From positions 1,301 through 65,300 of the forward strand of contig CANRJS010000009.1 in the NCBI GenBank assembly GCA_947631015.1: a stretch of DNA of 64,000 nucleotides. Direction: 5' to 3'. Every line of letters starts with the position of its first letter. Within the stretch, counting starts at the first letter, position 1. This DNA is from an uncultured Clostridia bacterium. Lineage in GTDB: Bacteria; Bacillota; Clostridia; Oscillospirales; JAAYOS01. Shown one piece after another: positions 38,619-50,075 of the stretch. Below the pieces are notes generated by a model. It ran no database searches. It saw nothing but the letters and a program-made list of their open reading frames with translations, and was not told where the DNA came from. The position numbers were made by a program, and so were the translations under genes.

Positions 38619-40118
38619 ATGGACATCAACACCGCAAAACAGGCGCTCCGCGAGCTCCAGCTCAAGATGTACGCTTACAGCTACGCAAGCGCGATAGTCT
38701 ATCTTGACGCCGCAACCGTCGCGCCGAAGAACACGAGCGAGGGACGCGGCGTCGCAATGAGCGTACTGTCCGGCGAAACGCACAAGCTCTTCTGCAACGA
38801 CGAGGTGGGCGAGCTTCTCGCATTCCTCACCGAGCACAAGGACGAGCTAAACGACATAGAGCGGCGCGAGACCGAGGTCCTGAAGCGCAGCTACGACCGT
38901 CAGACGAAGATCCCGCTCGACGTTGTCATGGAGTATTCCAAGCTCGGCGTCGAGGCGGACGACGCGTGGCACCGCGCCAAGGAGACCTCCGACTTTGAGC
39001 TGTTCCGTCCGTATCTCGAGAAGATAGTCGAGTATCAGAGGATGTTTGCGGGCTACTACGACCCGGATAAAAAGCCGTATGACGCTCTGCTCGATACATA
39101 CGAGCGCGGCATGACCACCGAGATACTCGACCGCTACTTCGAGAAGGTGCGGAGCGCGATAGTCCCGCTCCTCGCCGCGACGCAGGCCGCGCCGGAGATA
39201 GACGACTCGTTCCTCTACAAGTATTACCCCGTCGAGAAGCAGAAGGAATTCAACGACTGGCTGATGGACGTCATGGGCATCGACCGGGGCTACTGCACGA
39301 TAGGCGAGACCGAGCACCCCTTCACCACCGGCACCGACAACCGCCATGCGCGCATCACCACCCACTACTACCCGGAGGCTCCGAGCTTTGCGATGCACTC
39401 CACTATTCACGAGGGCGGTCACGCGCTCTACGAGCTCGGCGGCGACGACAGGTACCGCTACACCTGCCTCGCGGGCGGCGTGTCGATGGGCGTCCACGAG
39501 AGCCAGAGCCGCTTCTACGAGAACATCGTCGGCCGCTCGGAGGGCTTCACGAAATTCATCTTCCCGAAGTTCAAGGAAATGTTCCCCGAGCAGCTCGAGG
39601 GCGTCACGGCGGACATGTTCTATCGCGCGGTCAACAAGGCGCAGCCGTCCCTTATACGCACCGAGGCTGACGAACTCACCTACTCCCTGCACATAATGAT
39701 ACGCTACGAGCTCGAGAAGCGGATAATCGCGGGCGAGCTCGCGGTGAAGGACATACCCGGCGAGTGGAACCGCATGTACAAGGAGTACCTCGGCATCGAC
39801 GTTCCGAGCGACAAGGAGGGCTGCCTTCAGGACAGCCACTGGTCGGGCGGCAGCTTCGGCTACTTCCCCTCCTACTCTCTCGGCAGCGCCTACGGCGCGC
39901 AGATGCTCGCGAAGATGCGCGAGACCGTCGACGTTGACGGCGCGCTCGCGAAGGGCGACATCGCGCCGATAACCGCGTGGCTCCGCGAGAGGATACACCG
40001 CCACGCGAGCTTCCTCGAACCGGCGGATGTCGTCCGCAATGCCTGCGAGGCGGAGTTTGACCCCACGTTCTACACCGACTACCTCACCGAAAAGTTTACG
40101 AAGCTCTATAACCTGTAA
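38619..40118 (+). CDS. Carboxypeptidase, peptidase family M32
   Basis: HPF, HEGGHALYE, HESQSRF, IRTEADE, GCLQDSHW, YFPSY. Confidence 0.96.
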   Translation: MDINTAKQALRELQLKMYAYSYASAIVYLDAATVAPKNTSEGRGVAMSVLSGETHKLFCNDEVGELLAFLTEHKDELNDIERRETEVLKRSYDRQTKIPLDVVMEYSKLGVEADDAWHRAKETSDFELFRPYLEKIVEYQRMFAGYYDPDKKPYDALLDTYERGMTTEILDRYFEKVRSAIVPLLAATQAAPEIDDSFLYKYYPVEKQKEFNDWLMDVMGIDRGYCTIGETEHPFTTGTDNRHARITTHYYPEAPSFAMHSTIHEGGHALYELGGDDRYRYTCLAGGVSMGVHESQSRFYENIVGRSEGFTKFIFPKFKEMFPEQLEGVTADMFYRAVNKAQPSLIRTEADELTYSLHIMIRYELEKRIIAGELAVKDIPGEWNRMYKEYLGIDVPSDKEGCLQDSHWSGGSFGYFPSYSLGSAYGAQMLAKMRETVDVDGALAKGDIAPITAWLRERIHRHASFLEPADVVRNACEAEFDPTFYTDYLTEKFTKLYNL

Positions 40119-40129
40119 AAATATCAAGG

Positions 40130-40500
40130 CAAATCGCAGGAGCGGGCAAAAGCCCGCTCCTTTACAAATTTGCCGCGAGATTTTCGCAGGAAATCGCGCG
40201 GGCTTCGCCCGCGACCTATTTCCTGCGAAGCCGCCGGACAGAACAAGTTCTGCCGACGGCAAGCGCTGCGCTGCGCGTCGATTTTCCGCCTTCGGCGGAA
40301 AATCGACGCACGCTCCGCGAGAAGTATTTTTTTGCTTTAATTCGCAGAAAATCGGGACGTCGGCGCGAAGCGCCGAGGTCTGATGCGCCCGGTAGAGTGT
40401 TGGATGCGGTATAAGTTCGAGGGCGCATTATACACGCCGCCGGAAAAAATAAATTGAAATCTATTTCGCGCCTGTCGGTGCGAAACTCTGCGAGGCTTTT
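40130..40500. repeat. Family-2 modular palindromic intergenic repeat cluster
   Basis: Modules TCGGCGCGAAGCGCCGAGGTCTGA (40360) and GCGAAACTCTGCGAGG (40480) recur at other loci. Confidence 0.85.
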
Positions 40501-40511
40501 TTGACAAGCTG

Positions 40512-40546
40512 AAAGGCGCTCCGAAACGATGTTTCGGGGCGCCTTT
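40512..40546. terminator. Bidirectional terminator-like hairpin
   Basis: AAAGGCGCTCCGAAAC-gat-GTTTCGGGGCGCCTTT with T tract. Confidence 0.7.
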
Positions 40547-40568
40547 TTGTCTAACGTCTTGCGGCGGA

Positions 40569-41579
40569 TCATTCCCACTCCTCGCCCTGCTCCCACATAT
40601 ACTCCCGGTACTCGTTCACTCCGCGGAGTATGAGGCCGCGCACGTTGAGCCCGAACCGGCAGCGGTCGGCGCAGTAGCCGCAGCCGACGCATTTTGTAGC
40701 AAGGCGCATCTTTCCGCGCGTCTCCGCGTCGGTGTACGCACCGCGCGGCGCGATGTGGATAATATACCCCGCCCGCGCCGCGAACGGTATGTCGATACCG
40801 ACGGGGCACGGCATACACTCCCCGCAGCCCCGGCAGAGCATACCGGCGTTCATTTCGCGCTCGCCCTCTATCCTCTCGCGCAGGAGCTTTGTGGACCTCG
40901 GCGGCTTGCGCTCGAGCGCCGCCGTCTCATCTATCTGCCACGGGTACTCCGCGCCCCAGAGCGGGTGGACCTTCCCGACGTCGCGCAGGAACGCCATGGC
41001 GCACGCCGCCGAGCGGAGGAGCCCTCCCGCCATCGGCATGGACGCGAAGAAGTATACGCCGTGCTCTTCCGCGAGCGCCGCGAGCTCCAGCTCCTCCGGC
41101 GCGGAGAGACTGTTCAGAGGATACACGACGGCGTCAAAGAAGCCGCCGCATACCGCCTCACGCGCACACTCAAGCGACTCGGGGGCAAGCCCGAGGCTCC
41201 GCACTTTGCGGCTCCGCTTCGCCTCCGTCATTGCCTCGCGCAGTTCGTCCGACATGTCCTCCGGGCGGATGCCGCGCAGACAGAGGACGTCGACGTACTC
41301 CGTCCCGAGCGCGCGCAGGCTCTCGTCAAGACCGCGGCGGAAGTCCTCCGCGTCGGACGCGCGGACGTCGGCGAGAAGCAGGTACTCCGAGCGCTCGACA
41401 CCCTCGAGCCCTCGCGCGACGCGCTCCTCAATGCCGGGGTACTCGCGCGTCGCGGCGAACAGCCGCATGCCGCCGTCGTAGGCTCGCCTCACGAGAGCCG
41501 CGCCCTCGCGCTTTTCGAGCCGTCCGAGCCTCTTACAGTCGAGGCCGCCCTTCCCTCTCCTGAGCCCTTTCAACGTCAT
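40569..41579 (-). CDS. Aldo/keto reductase with C-terminal 4Fe-4S dicluster
   Basis: SLRALGTEYVDVL, MPMAGGLL, CRGCGECMPCPVGIDIP, CVGCGYCADRCRF. Confidence 0.85.
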   Translation of the reverse strand: MTLKGLRRGKGGLDCKRLGRLEKREGAALVRRAYDGGMRLFAATREYPGIEERVARGLEGVERSEYLLLADVRASDAEDFRRGLDESLRALGTEYVDVLCLRGIRPEDMSDELREAMTEAKRSRKVRSLGLAPESLECAREAVCGGFFDAVVYPLNSLSAPEELELAALAEEHGVYFFASMPMAGGLLRSAACAMAFLRDVGKVHPLWGAEYPWQIDETAALERKPPRSTKLLRERIEGEREMNAGMLCRGCGECMPCPVGIDIPFAARAGYIIHIAPRGAYTDAETRGKMRLATKCVGCGYCADRCRFGLNVRGLILRGVNEYREYMWEQGEEWE

Positions 41580-41650
41580 CTTCGTAACCTCCGCTTTGTC
41601 GGTGTGCAGGGTCTTACATTCAAGCGTATTCTACCACGTTTTGGCGCGCG

Positions 41651-43207
41651 CTACAAGCGTTTTACCGATTCAGCGCGCCGGGACGCGCTTTTTCCCACCG
41701 CGGTTCCCGCGCCGACGCCCTGCGCCGTTGCCGCCGCGAGGTAGCACACCGCCGCCGCCAGTACCCCTCCGGCGAGCGCCATGCCGTCCGGCAGGAGTTC
41801 CCCGAGGTAGAGATACGCGAGCCGCGCGACAAGTCCCGCGAGCACCGCCGACGCGAGCGGCGCGACAAACCATCTCCGCCACTCCGCCGCAAGTCCGCAT
41901 GTCGAGAGTACGAGCCGGAAGTTCAGCGCGAAGGTGAGCGCCGTGCTCGCGACGAACGCCGCGACGTAGCCCGCCATCCGCAGCCCCGGCAGGCGCACGA
42001 GCAGAACGACCATCGCAAGCTCCACGGCGTTGCCGAGAAGGAAGTTCACCGCCGAGATGTTCTGTTTTCCGAGTCCGTTGAGGATGCTCCCGCATATCGC
42101 CATGTATATCGAGAACGCCGTGCCAATCGCGATAGGCAGGAGGTATGCCGGGTCGACCCTCTGTCCGAACATATACCACCCGAGCGTGTCCCCGAGTGGC
42201 ACGAGCACCGCGAGCACCGGGAGTATGACAAAGCTCGTCGCGAGTATACAGCGTGAGACCTTGTGCCGCAGGTCCGCCATGTTGCCTGTGGCGAGGTTTT
42301 CCGAGAGTTTCGGCACCATCACGAGCCCGAGGCCGACGATGAGCGCGGAGGGAAGGTTAAAGAGCGGCATCGCCATCCCGAAGAGCACGCCGAACTCCCC
42401 GAGCGCCTGCGACTGCGTGAGTCCGCTCCGCACGAGCATCCTCGGGATAAGTATGACTATGAGCGAGGAGATGATGTTGTTTGCGAGGTTCGTGACGCTC
42501 ACCGGCGCGGCGATTGCGAGTATCCTCCGCGTCATGTGGCGGTCGCCCTCGCCGCCCTGCGGCAGGCGGGCGGACTTCCTGCGGTACACGAGGCGGAGAA
42601 AGCCGCTGCTTGCCACCTCGCACACGAGCATCCCCGCGGCGATGAGAGCGAGCATCCGGTCGTCCGGCTGGGGCAGGAACAGGCGGAGCAGTCCCACCAC
42701 TGCCGTCATGCGGACGACCTGCTCCATCAGGTCGCTGAAGGCGGGAGGGTTCACCTCCTTCGTGCCGTAGAGGTAGTTCTTATGTATGTTCTCTATGCCG
42801 GTAAAAAGTATCACCGGTATGAGGACGTACACCGCGAGGCGCGTGCGTTCGTCGCCGAGGAACCTCTCCGCTATCGGTGCGGCGAATATCCCCGCGCCGA
42901 CGCTTATCACGGCAAATATCCCGAAGAACGCCGCGAGCGCACGCCGGACGAGTCCGCGCAGGGCGGCGTAGTTCCGGAGCGCCATATACTCCGCCGCGAG
43001 GCGGCTCACCGCGACGCAGATACCGCTCGTCCCGAGCGCGAGCGCGAGCGAGTAGAACGGGAATATCAGCTGAAAGAGCCCCATCCCCTCCGCGCCTATC
43101 AGCCGCGAGAGCAGCATCCTGTACACGAACCCGAGGAGCTGTGAGAGAATGTTTGCCCCCGTCAATATAAAAGCGCCGTAGCGCACCGACCGCGTGTCTA
43201 TGCCCAT
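41651..43207 (-). CDS. spoVB: SpoVB/MurJ-like polysaccharide flippase (stage V sporulation protein B)
   Basis: GAFILTGANILSQLLGFVYRMLLSRLIGAEGMGLFQL; SD GGAGGT before ATG 43207; an upstream in-frame ATG at 43486 also has an SD. Confidence 0.85.
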   Translation of the reverse strand: MGIDTRSVRYGAFILTGANILSQLLGFVYRMLLSRLIGAEGMGLFQLIFPFYSLALALGTSGICVAVSRLAAEYMALRNYAALRGLVRRALAAFFGIFAVISVGAGIFAAPIAERFLGDERTRLAVYVLIPVILFTGIENIHKNYLYGTKEVNPPAFSDLMEQVVRMTAVVGLLRLFLPQPDDRMLALIAAGMLVCEVASSGFLRLVYRRKSARLPQGGEGDRHMTRRILAIAAPVSVTNLANNIISSLIVILIPRMLVRSGLTQSQALGEFGVLFGMAMPLFNLPSALIVGLGLVMVPKLSENLATGNMADLRHKVSRCILATSFVILPVLAVLVPLGDTLGWYMFGQRVDPAYLLPIAIGTAFSIYMAICGSILNGLGKQNISAVNFLLGNAVELAMVVLLVRLPGLRMAGYVAAFVASTALTFALNFRLVLSTCGLAAEWRRWFVAPLASAVLAGLVARLAYLYLGELLPDGMALAGGVLAAAVCYLAAATAQGVGAGTAVGKSASRRAESVKRL

Positions 43208-43512
43208 ACATACCTCCGCCGGATACCGATTATAGCTGCCGGAAGGCGAACCCGTGGTGCTCCACGCGGGCTCTTTTCGTCGCTTTTCTGTTTGTCGTCG
43301 CCGGTTTGCGTCAGCAAAACCGGCTCCTCCGCGCAGAAAATCATCCGAAAATAGTTCCGCGTGGAGTGCAGGCAGTTTTCGCCGAGCGGGTTTGCGTTCG
43401 GTGGGGAAAAGCCCGCCGGGAATACTGCCGTATTTCCAAGGGTTCCGGCGCCGCACGGGCGCAAACCCGCCGTCGAAAACCATCATGGGTTCACCTCTCG
43501 TCAGCTATATCC

Positions 43513-43542
43513 ATCTATATTTCCGCACGGAAGAATTTAGAA
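43513..43542 (-). promoter_or_regulatory. sigmaE-like promoter upstream of spoVB
   Basis: TTCTAAA-N14-AATATAGAT. Confidence 0.5.
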
Positions 43543-43549
43543 TTTGCGC

Positions 43550-45143
<1,594 letters not shown>

Positions 45144-45178
45144 CAGCTGTCATTTATAATCACGGTTCGCAAATGCGC

Positions 45179-45212
45179 CGGGGCGTACAGAGTTGTCTGT
45201 ACGCCCCGTTTT
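45179..45212 (+). terminator. Intrinsic terminator after abfA
   Basis: CGGGGCGTACAGA-gttg-TCTGTACGCCCCG-TTTT. Confidence 0.85.
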
Positions 45213-45307
45213 GCGGTCCAAAAAAAATTTTCAAAAATTTTGTCCCGAAAACGTCATGACCGGACATATACAGGCAGAACTAAAAACACCGCAAGGAGGT
45301 CATGAAA

Positions 45308-46393
45308 ATGTCAAAGAAGAAGCTCTTTTCGGCGCTCTGCCTTATACTCGCCGCGCTCGTCCTTCCCGCCTGCTCGGGCGGAGAAAAGGAGCCGGACGCC
45401 CTCACCTTCACCGTGCCCGAGACGTTCACCTCGGGAAGCGCCGGACAGTTTGAAGTCACCATGCTCGGGCTCACAAGCAGAAACCTGCTTATTTATCCCG
45501 GCATCGGCATAGAGCTCAAGATACAGAGCACCGACGGTCTCTACTATCTGTTTGGGGATACCGTCTGGGAGATGGGTTTGCTCCAAAGCGGAGAGCCCGG
45601 ACGGTACGGCACGGTCGAACGCGAGGAGGGCGGCGAGTGGGTCGACTGCGGCAGCGTTTTTGACGGAAGTACCACTTCAACGACGTCCATGGGATATGGG
45701 CTCTTTGTCCCGCCGCCGTGCGTTCACGGCCGCTTCATTCGTCCCTATGAGGCAGCCTACAACCATCAGTATATGCGGATAGAGCTCAGCGATACGCTCC
45801 CCGGCCGCTATCGCGCCCGCGTCGCCGTGCGGGAGTACATCCCGAGGTGGAACGAGGACAATATACCCTTCAAGCCGTTGAACGGCGAGGAACCGCTGTC
45901 CTTCGGCGGCACCACGGGCGAGGCGACGGATGAGATAGTCGTTGAATTCGACATACCGAGGTTCGGAAGCGGCCCGTTGGGCGTGCTGGGGTACTCCCTT
46001 TCCGACGAGAGCCGCACGGACTCGGTGATTGGCGACCGGGCGATAGCTTATTTCGATCTCCTGCTTCACGCCAACGGAGACATAAGGTACCTGCAAAACG
46101 ACTCCGTAAAGTTTGAATATCCGGACGGTGCGGGGTATTCGGAGGTGCCCGACGGCGTGGTTTGCGGCTTTGGCAGCGACGATTACTACAACTATCCGTA
46201 TCGGCATCTCCACGACAAAGACGGCATAGACTACACCACTCCCGACGTTGTTCCCATCGGCTCGATAATTTTCCGAGACTGGAACAGGGAGACGACCTAC
46301 CGCCTCTCGATGACCTTTACCGAGAACGAGGACGGCTCGGGCGAAGCCTACACCCTCTACCTGTATCTGAACTTTGCGGAAGCGGTCGAGTAA
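45308..46393 (+). CDS. Hypothetical lipoprotein
   Basis: Basic N-terminus, hydrophobic core, lipobox LPAC; SD AGGAGG; no family recognised. Confidence 0.8.
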   Translation: MSKKKLFSALCLILAALVLPACSGGEKEPDALTFTVPETFTSGSAGQFEVTMLGLTSRNLLIYPGIGIELKIQSTDGLYYLFGDTVWEMGLLQSGEPGRYGTVEREEGGEWVDCGSVFDGSTTSTTSMGYGLFVPPPCVHGRFIRPYEAAYNHQYMRIELSDTLPGRYRARVAVREYIPRWNEDNIPFKPLNGEEPLSFGGTTGEATDEIVVEFDIPRFGSGPLGVLGYSLSDESRTDSVIGDRAIAYFDLLLHANGDIRYLQNDSVKFEYPDGAGYSEVPDGVVCGFGSDDYYNYPYRHLHDKDGIDYTTPDVVPIGSIIFRDWNRETTYRLSMTFTENEDGSGEAYTLYLYLNFAEAVE

Positions 46394-46464
46394 CACTCTC
46401 TGGCATTTCGCAGGCTCCCGCAACAAATAACGGACGGTGCGATAAATCGCACCGTCCGTTGCAG

Positions 46465-46680
46465 CCTCGCAGAGTTTCGCCGCTTTAGCGGCGAAACAAA
46501 GTTAAATCATTTTCGGCGGCGGCGTGTACGTCGCCGAAAATACCTCTCGCGTAGCGCGCGTCGAAGGCGGCAAAGCCGTCGAGGCGCGAAGCGGAGCGCT
46601 CGCCGTCGGCAAGGCTACGCCTTGTCCGACGGCTTCGGCGCGAAAGGGTGCGCAGCGAAGCGAGCACATTTCGCGCCGAA
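46465..46680. repeat. Family-2 repeat cluster
   Basis: CCTCGCAGAGTTTCGC start; 46465-46600 is a near-colinear inverted copy of 49620-49755. Confidence 0.85.
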
Positions 46681-46682
46681 TG

Positions 46683-48506
46683 TTACTCGACGGTGACGCT
46701 CTTCGCGAGGTTCCTCGGCTTGTCGATGTCGCAGCCCTTGAGAGACGCGATGTAGTAGCTGAGAAGCTGGAGCGGTATCACGCTGAGGCTCGCCGCAAAC
46801 AGCGGCTCGCAGTCCGGGATGGTGAGCGGCGTCACGCCCTCTCCGGATATGTCCCGCGCGGACTCGCAGACTATCGCCGCCACCGACGCGCCGCGCGCCG
46901 AGACCTCCTTGATGTTCGAGAGCGTCTTTTCAAAGAGACGGTTGTCGCTTATGACGGCTATCACCGGCGTGCCGTCCACTATGAGCGAGATGGGACCGTG
47001 CTTCAGCTCGCCCGCGGCATACGCCTCGCTCATCGTGTAGGATATTTCCTTGAGCTTCAGCGCGCCCTCGAGCGACACGGCGTAGTCGATACCGCGCCCG
47101 ATGAAGAATACGTGCTCCGCCGAGAACCAGCGGCTCGCAAGCTGCTGCGTCTGCTCCTTTATGCCGAGCGTCTTTTCTATCAGCCCCGGCAGCTCCTCGA
47201 CCGCCGCAACGAGCTCGCCGTATCGCTCGGGCGTCACCGTTCCGCGCGCCTCCGCCATGCGGATGCCGAGCAGGTAGAGCGCCGCGAGCTGTGTGGAATA
47301 AGCCTTCGTCGTCGCGACGGCTATCTCCGGCCCCGCCCATGTGTAGAGGCTCATGTCAGCCTCCTTTGCAATAGAGCTGCCGACGACGTTGACGACGGCG
47401 AGCGTCCTTGCGCCGAGGCGCTTCGCCTCGCGCAGAGCTGCGCGGCTGTCCGCCGTCTCGCCCGACTGGCTGATGATTATCACAAGCGTCCTCTCGTCCA
47501 CTAGCGGCGACTGGTAGCGGAACTCACTTGCAAGCTGCGTCAGCACCGGTATGTGCAGCAGCGTCTCGAGCACCCGCGCCGCCGCGCACCCGACGTAGTA
47601 CGCCGAGCCGCACGCCGCTATGTATATCCTGTCAAAGCTCCGTATGTCCTCGTCCGAGAGCGGTATCTCAAGCTCCACTCTGCCGTTCTTTATGCGCGGC
47701 GAGATGGTCGCCTGCACGGCGGATGGCTGCTCCATTATCTCCTTGAGCATGAAGTGCTCGTAGCCGCCCTTCTCCGCCGCCTGCACGTCCCAGTCTATGT
47801 GGGACGGGGTCTTCTTCACCCGCCGGGAGTGCTGGTCATAGACCTCCACCGACGCGCCGGTGAGAATGGCTATCTCCTTATCCTCTATGTAGTACACCGA
47901 GCGGGTGTGCTCGAGTATCGCGGTGACGTCGCTTGCGATGAAGTTCTCGTCCTCGCCGAGGCCGATGATAAGCGGCGAGTCGTGGCGCATGGCGACGAGC
48001 GTGTCCGGGTGATCCGCGACGAGGATGCCGAGCGCATAGCTCCCCTCTAGCACCGACGCGACGCGCTCCGCCGCCTCGAGGAGGTCGCCCTTGTAGTAGT
48101 GCTCGAAGAGGTGCGCGACGACCTCGGTGTCGGTCTCGCTCACGAACGTCACGCCCTGCGACGTGAGGTACTCCTTGAGCTCCATGTAGTTTTCGATTAT
48201 GCCGTTGTGAACGACGGCGGTGCGGCCGGTGCCGCTCGTCTGCGGGTGGGAGTTTATGTCGGACGGCCTGCCGTGCGTCGACCAGCGTGTGTGTCCGATA
48301 CCCGTCGAGCCCACCGGGAAAGCTCCGTTATTCGTCTTTTCCACGAGCACGCGGAGGCGTCCCTTCGCCTTCTCGACCTCTATCCTATCGCCGTTCCATA
48401 CCGCGACGCCCGCCGAGTCGTAGCCCCGGTACTCGAGCTTTTTCAGTCCCTCGAGCAGTATCGGCGTCGCCGCTTTTCTACCGACATATCCGACTATTCC
48501 GCACAT
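46683..48506 (-). CDS. glmS: Glutamine-fructose-6-phosphate aminotransferase
   Basis: MCGIVG, LEYRGYDSAG, GHTRWSTHG, VATTKAY, PRNLAKSVTVE. Confidence 0.99.
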   Translation of the reverse strand: MCGIVGYVGRKAATPILLEGLKKLEYRGYDSAGVAVWNGDRIEVEKAKGRLRVLVEKTNNGAFPVGSTGIGHTRWSTHGRPSDINSHPQTSGTGRTAVVHNGIIENYMELKEYLTSQGVTFVSETDTEVVAHLFEHYYKGDLLEAAERVASVLEGSYALGILVADHPDTLVAMRHDSPLIIGLGEDENFIASDVTAILEHTRSVYYIEDKEIAILTGASVEVYDQHSRRVKKTPSHIDWDVQAAEKGGYEHFMLKEIMEQPSAVQATISPRIKNGRVELEIPLSDEDIRSFDRIYIAACGSAYYVGCAAARVLETLLHIPVLTQLASEFRYQSPLVDERTLVIIISQSGETADSRAALREAKRLGARTLAVVNVVGSSIAKEADMSLYTWAGPEIAVATTKAYSTQLAALYLLGIRMAEARGTVTPERYGELVAAVEELPGLIEKTLGIKEQTQQLASRWFSAEHVFFIGRGIDYAVSLEGALKLKEISYTMSEAYAAGELKHGPISLIVDGTPVIAVISDNRLFEKTLSNIKEVSARGASVAAIVCESARDISGEGVTPLTIPDCEPLFAASLSVIPLQLLSYYIASLKGCDIDKPRNLAKSVTVE

Positions 48507-48581
48507 ACTATATGAACCTCCGTAAAAGGCAGATTTCAAAACACACAATACAGTATATTACAAGACTCTCCACCGTGTCAA

Positions 48582-48610
48582 GCATACCGCGTCCCCGCAC
48601 CGCATATATA
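48582..48610 (+). promoter_or_regulatory. sigmaE-like promoter
   Basis: GCATACC-N14-CATATATA. Confidence 0.45.
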
Positions 48611-48638
48611 TTTGCAGGCGTTACAGGGGGTGGATATT

Positions 48639-49196
48639 ATGAAAGTGTTAGTTGCGGGCGGAAAGCGCGACCTCTCGCGGGCGGCGATAACCGTCCTCTC
48701 GGCCGTCATACTCGTGGCGGGAATAGTGGGCATTTCGGCGATATGGAACAGCCCCTCCGCCTCTGCGGAGGGAACGGCGGTCATGGCGGACGGGACGGAC
48801 GACTTCGTCGTCTCGGCGGCGCTCGGCGCGCTCGGCAAATTGGGCGCGCATTCGAACACCGAGGCGATAGAGGTCTGGGCGGAGGGCGTCGTGTCGCGGA
48901 ACGGACTCATGCAGTACTCGGTGATGAGCGCGGAGCTCGGCGAACGCTATCTCGAGATACTCGGCGACGACGTGATGATAGAGCCGACGGCCGCGTCGGT
49001 GGACAGCTGGTACGCGTCCGACATAGTCGAGGGCGAGACCGAGACGAAGGCGACGCTGCTCTTCACCGTGTCGGAGGACGGAAAGAGCGTCGCGGCGTCG
49101 GCAGAGCTCACGCTTACCGAGGAGGGCGAGTATACGGTGATAAGCTCGCTCACCGTCGAAAGTCCGCTCTACGACTTCACCGGGATACGCGCATAG
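48639..49196 (+). CDS. Hypothetical secreted or membrane-anchored acidic protein
   Basis: N-terminal hydrophobic segment, host-like codon usage, SD-like GGGGG. Confidence 0.75.
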   Translation: MKVLVAGGKRDLSRAAITVLSAVILVAGIVGISAIWNSPSASAEGTAVMADGTDDFVVSAALGALGKLGAHSNTEAIEVWAEGVVSRNGLMQYSVMSAELGERYLEILGDDVMIEPTAASVDSWYASDIVEGETETKATLLFTVSEDGKSVAASAELTLTEEGEYTVISSLTVESPLYDFTGIRA

Positions 49197-49319
49197 CTCG
49201 CCGGGAAAACGGCGCGGCGCGGAGCCGTCCGCGCATCAAAACAATGGAATTTTTTGGCGGCATAAAACGCTCCGGGGCGAGGTAAAATATTGCCGAACTC
49301 GCTAAAGGAGGCGTTTAAA

Positions 49320-49526
49320 ATGACCGACAGAATTGCTCTGATTCTTTCTATAATCGGCGCGCTGAACTGGGGTCTTATAGGCATTTTCAAGTTTGATCTC
49401 GTGGCGTGGATCTGCGGCGGCCAGACTGCGGCGATAAGCCGCGTGATATACACGCTGGTCGGGCTTGCGGGTATATGGTGTATCTCGCTGCTCTTCCGCA
49501 AGCGTTCCGCGATAAGCGAAAACTAG
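49320..49526 (+). CDS. DUF378 family small membrane protein
   Basis: IIGALNWGLIGIFKFDLVA...SRVIYTLVGLAG. Confidence 0.92.
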   Translation: MTDRIALILSIIGALNWGLIGIFKFDLVAWICGGQTAAISRVIYTLVGLAGIWCISLLFRKRSAISEN

Positions 49527-49529
49527 TAG

Positions 49530-50075
49530 TCGCGGGAAATGGGTGAAGGAGCGGGCAAAGCCCGCTCCTTCACCCATTTCCCGCGAGGGCACCGGACAGA
49601 GCCGAGCTCTGCCGGTGCCTTGCGCTCCGCTACGCGCCTCGACGGCTTCACCGTCTTCGACGCACGCTCCGCGAGAGGTATTTTTCCCGACGTACACGCC
49701 GCCGGGAAAAATAATTTGACTTTATTTCGCGCCGGAGGCGCGAAACTCTGCGAGGCGCCAATCAGACCTCGGCGCGAAGCGCCGAGGTCTGTTGAGATTT
49801 TCAAGCGGCGCTCTGCGCCGCTTCTGCCCAACAATGCGCTCTCAAGTTAGGCAATATTCGCGGAGCAAATATTGCGGGCGAAAGCAGCAGCGCGTCGGGT
49901 GAAGAACGGGTTTGCGTCCTCGCTGTTCGCGTGGAAGCGGCTTTGCTCCTTGCGCGGTGAAACTCGGGGAGGTCTTTGATGCGCATACGGAGCCGGCCAA
50001 AATGGCCGGCTCCGTCGTTGCGTTTATTTTTGCCGCGCGAACAGGTGCGGGCACGCGGCTTTGCCGCGGAAGTCT
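49530..50075. repeat. Family-2 repeat cluster
   Basis: 27-bp perfect stem 49530-49586; modules at 49740, 49762 and about 49840-49885 shared with other loci. Confidence 0.88.

Noticed and set aside
48507-48580. glmS ribozyme
   Set aside because: The candidate promoter (-35 TTGACA at 48581-48576) leaves only about 40 nt of leader, too short for the ribozyme, and no ribozyme motif is visible.
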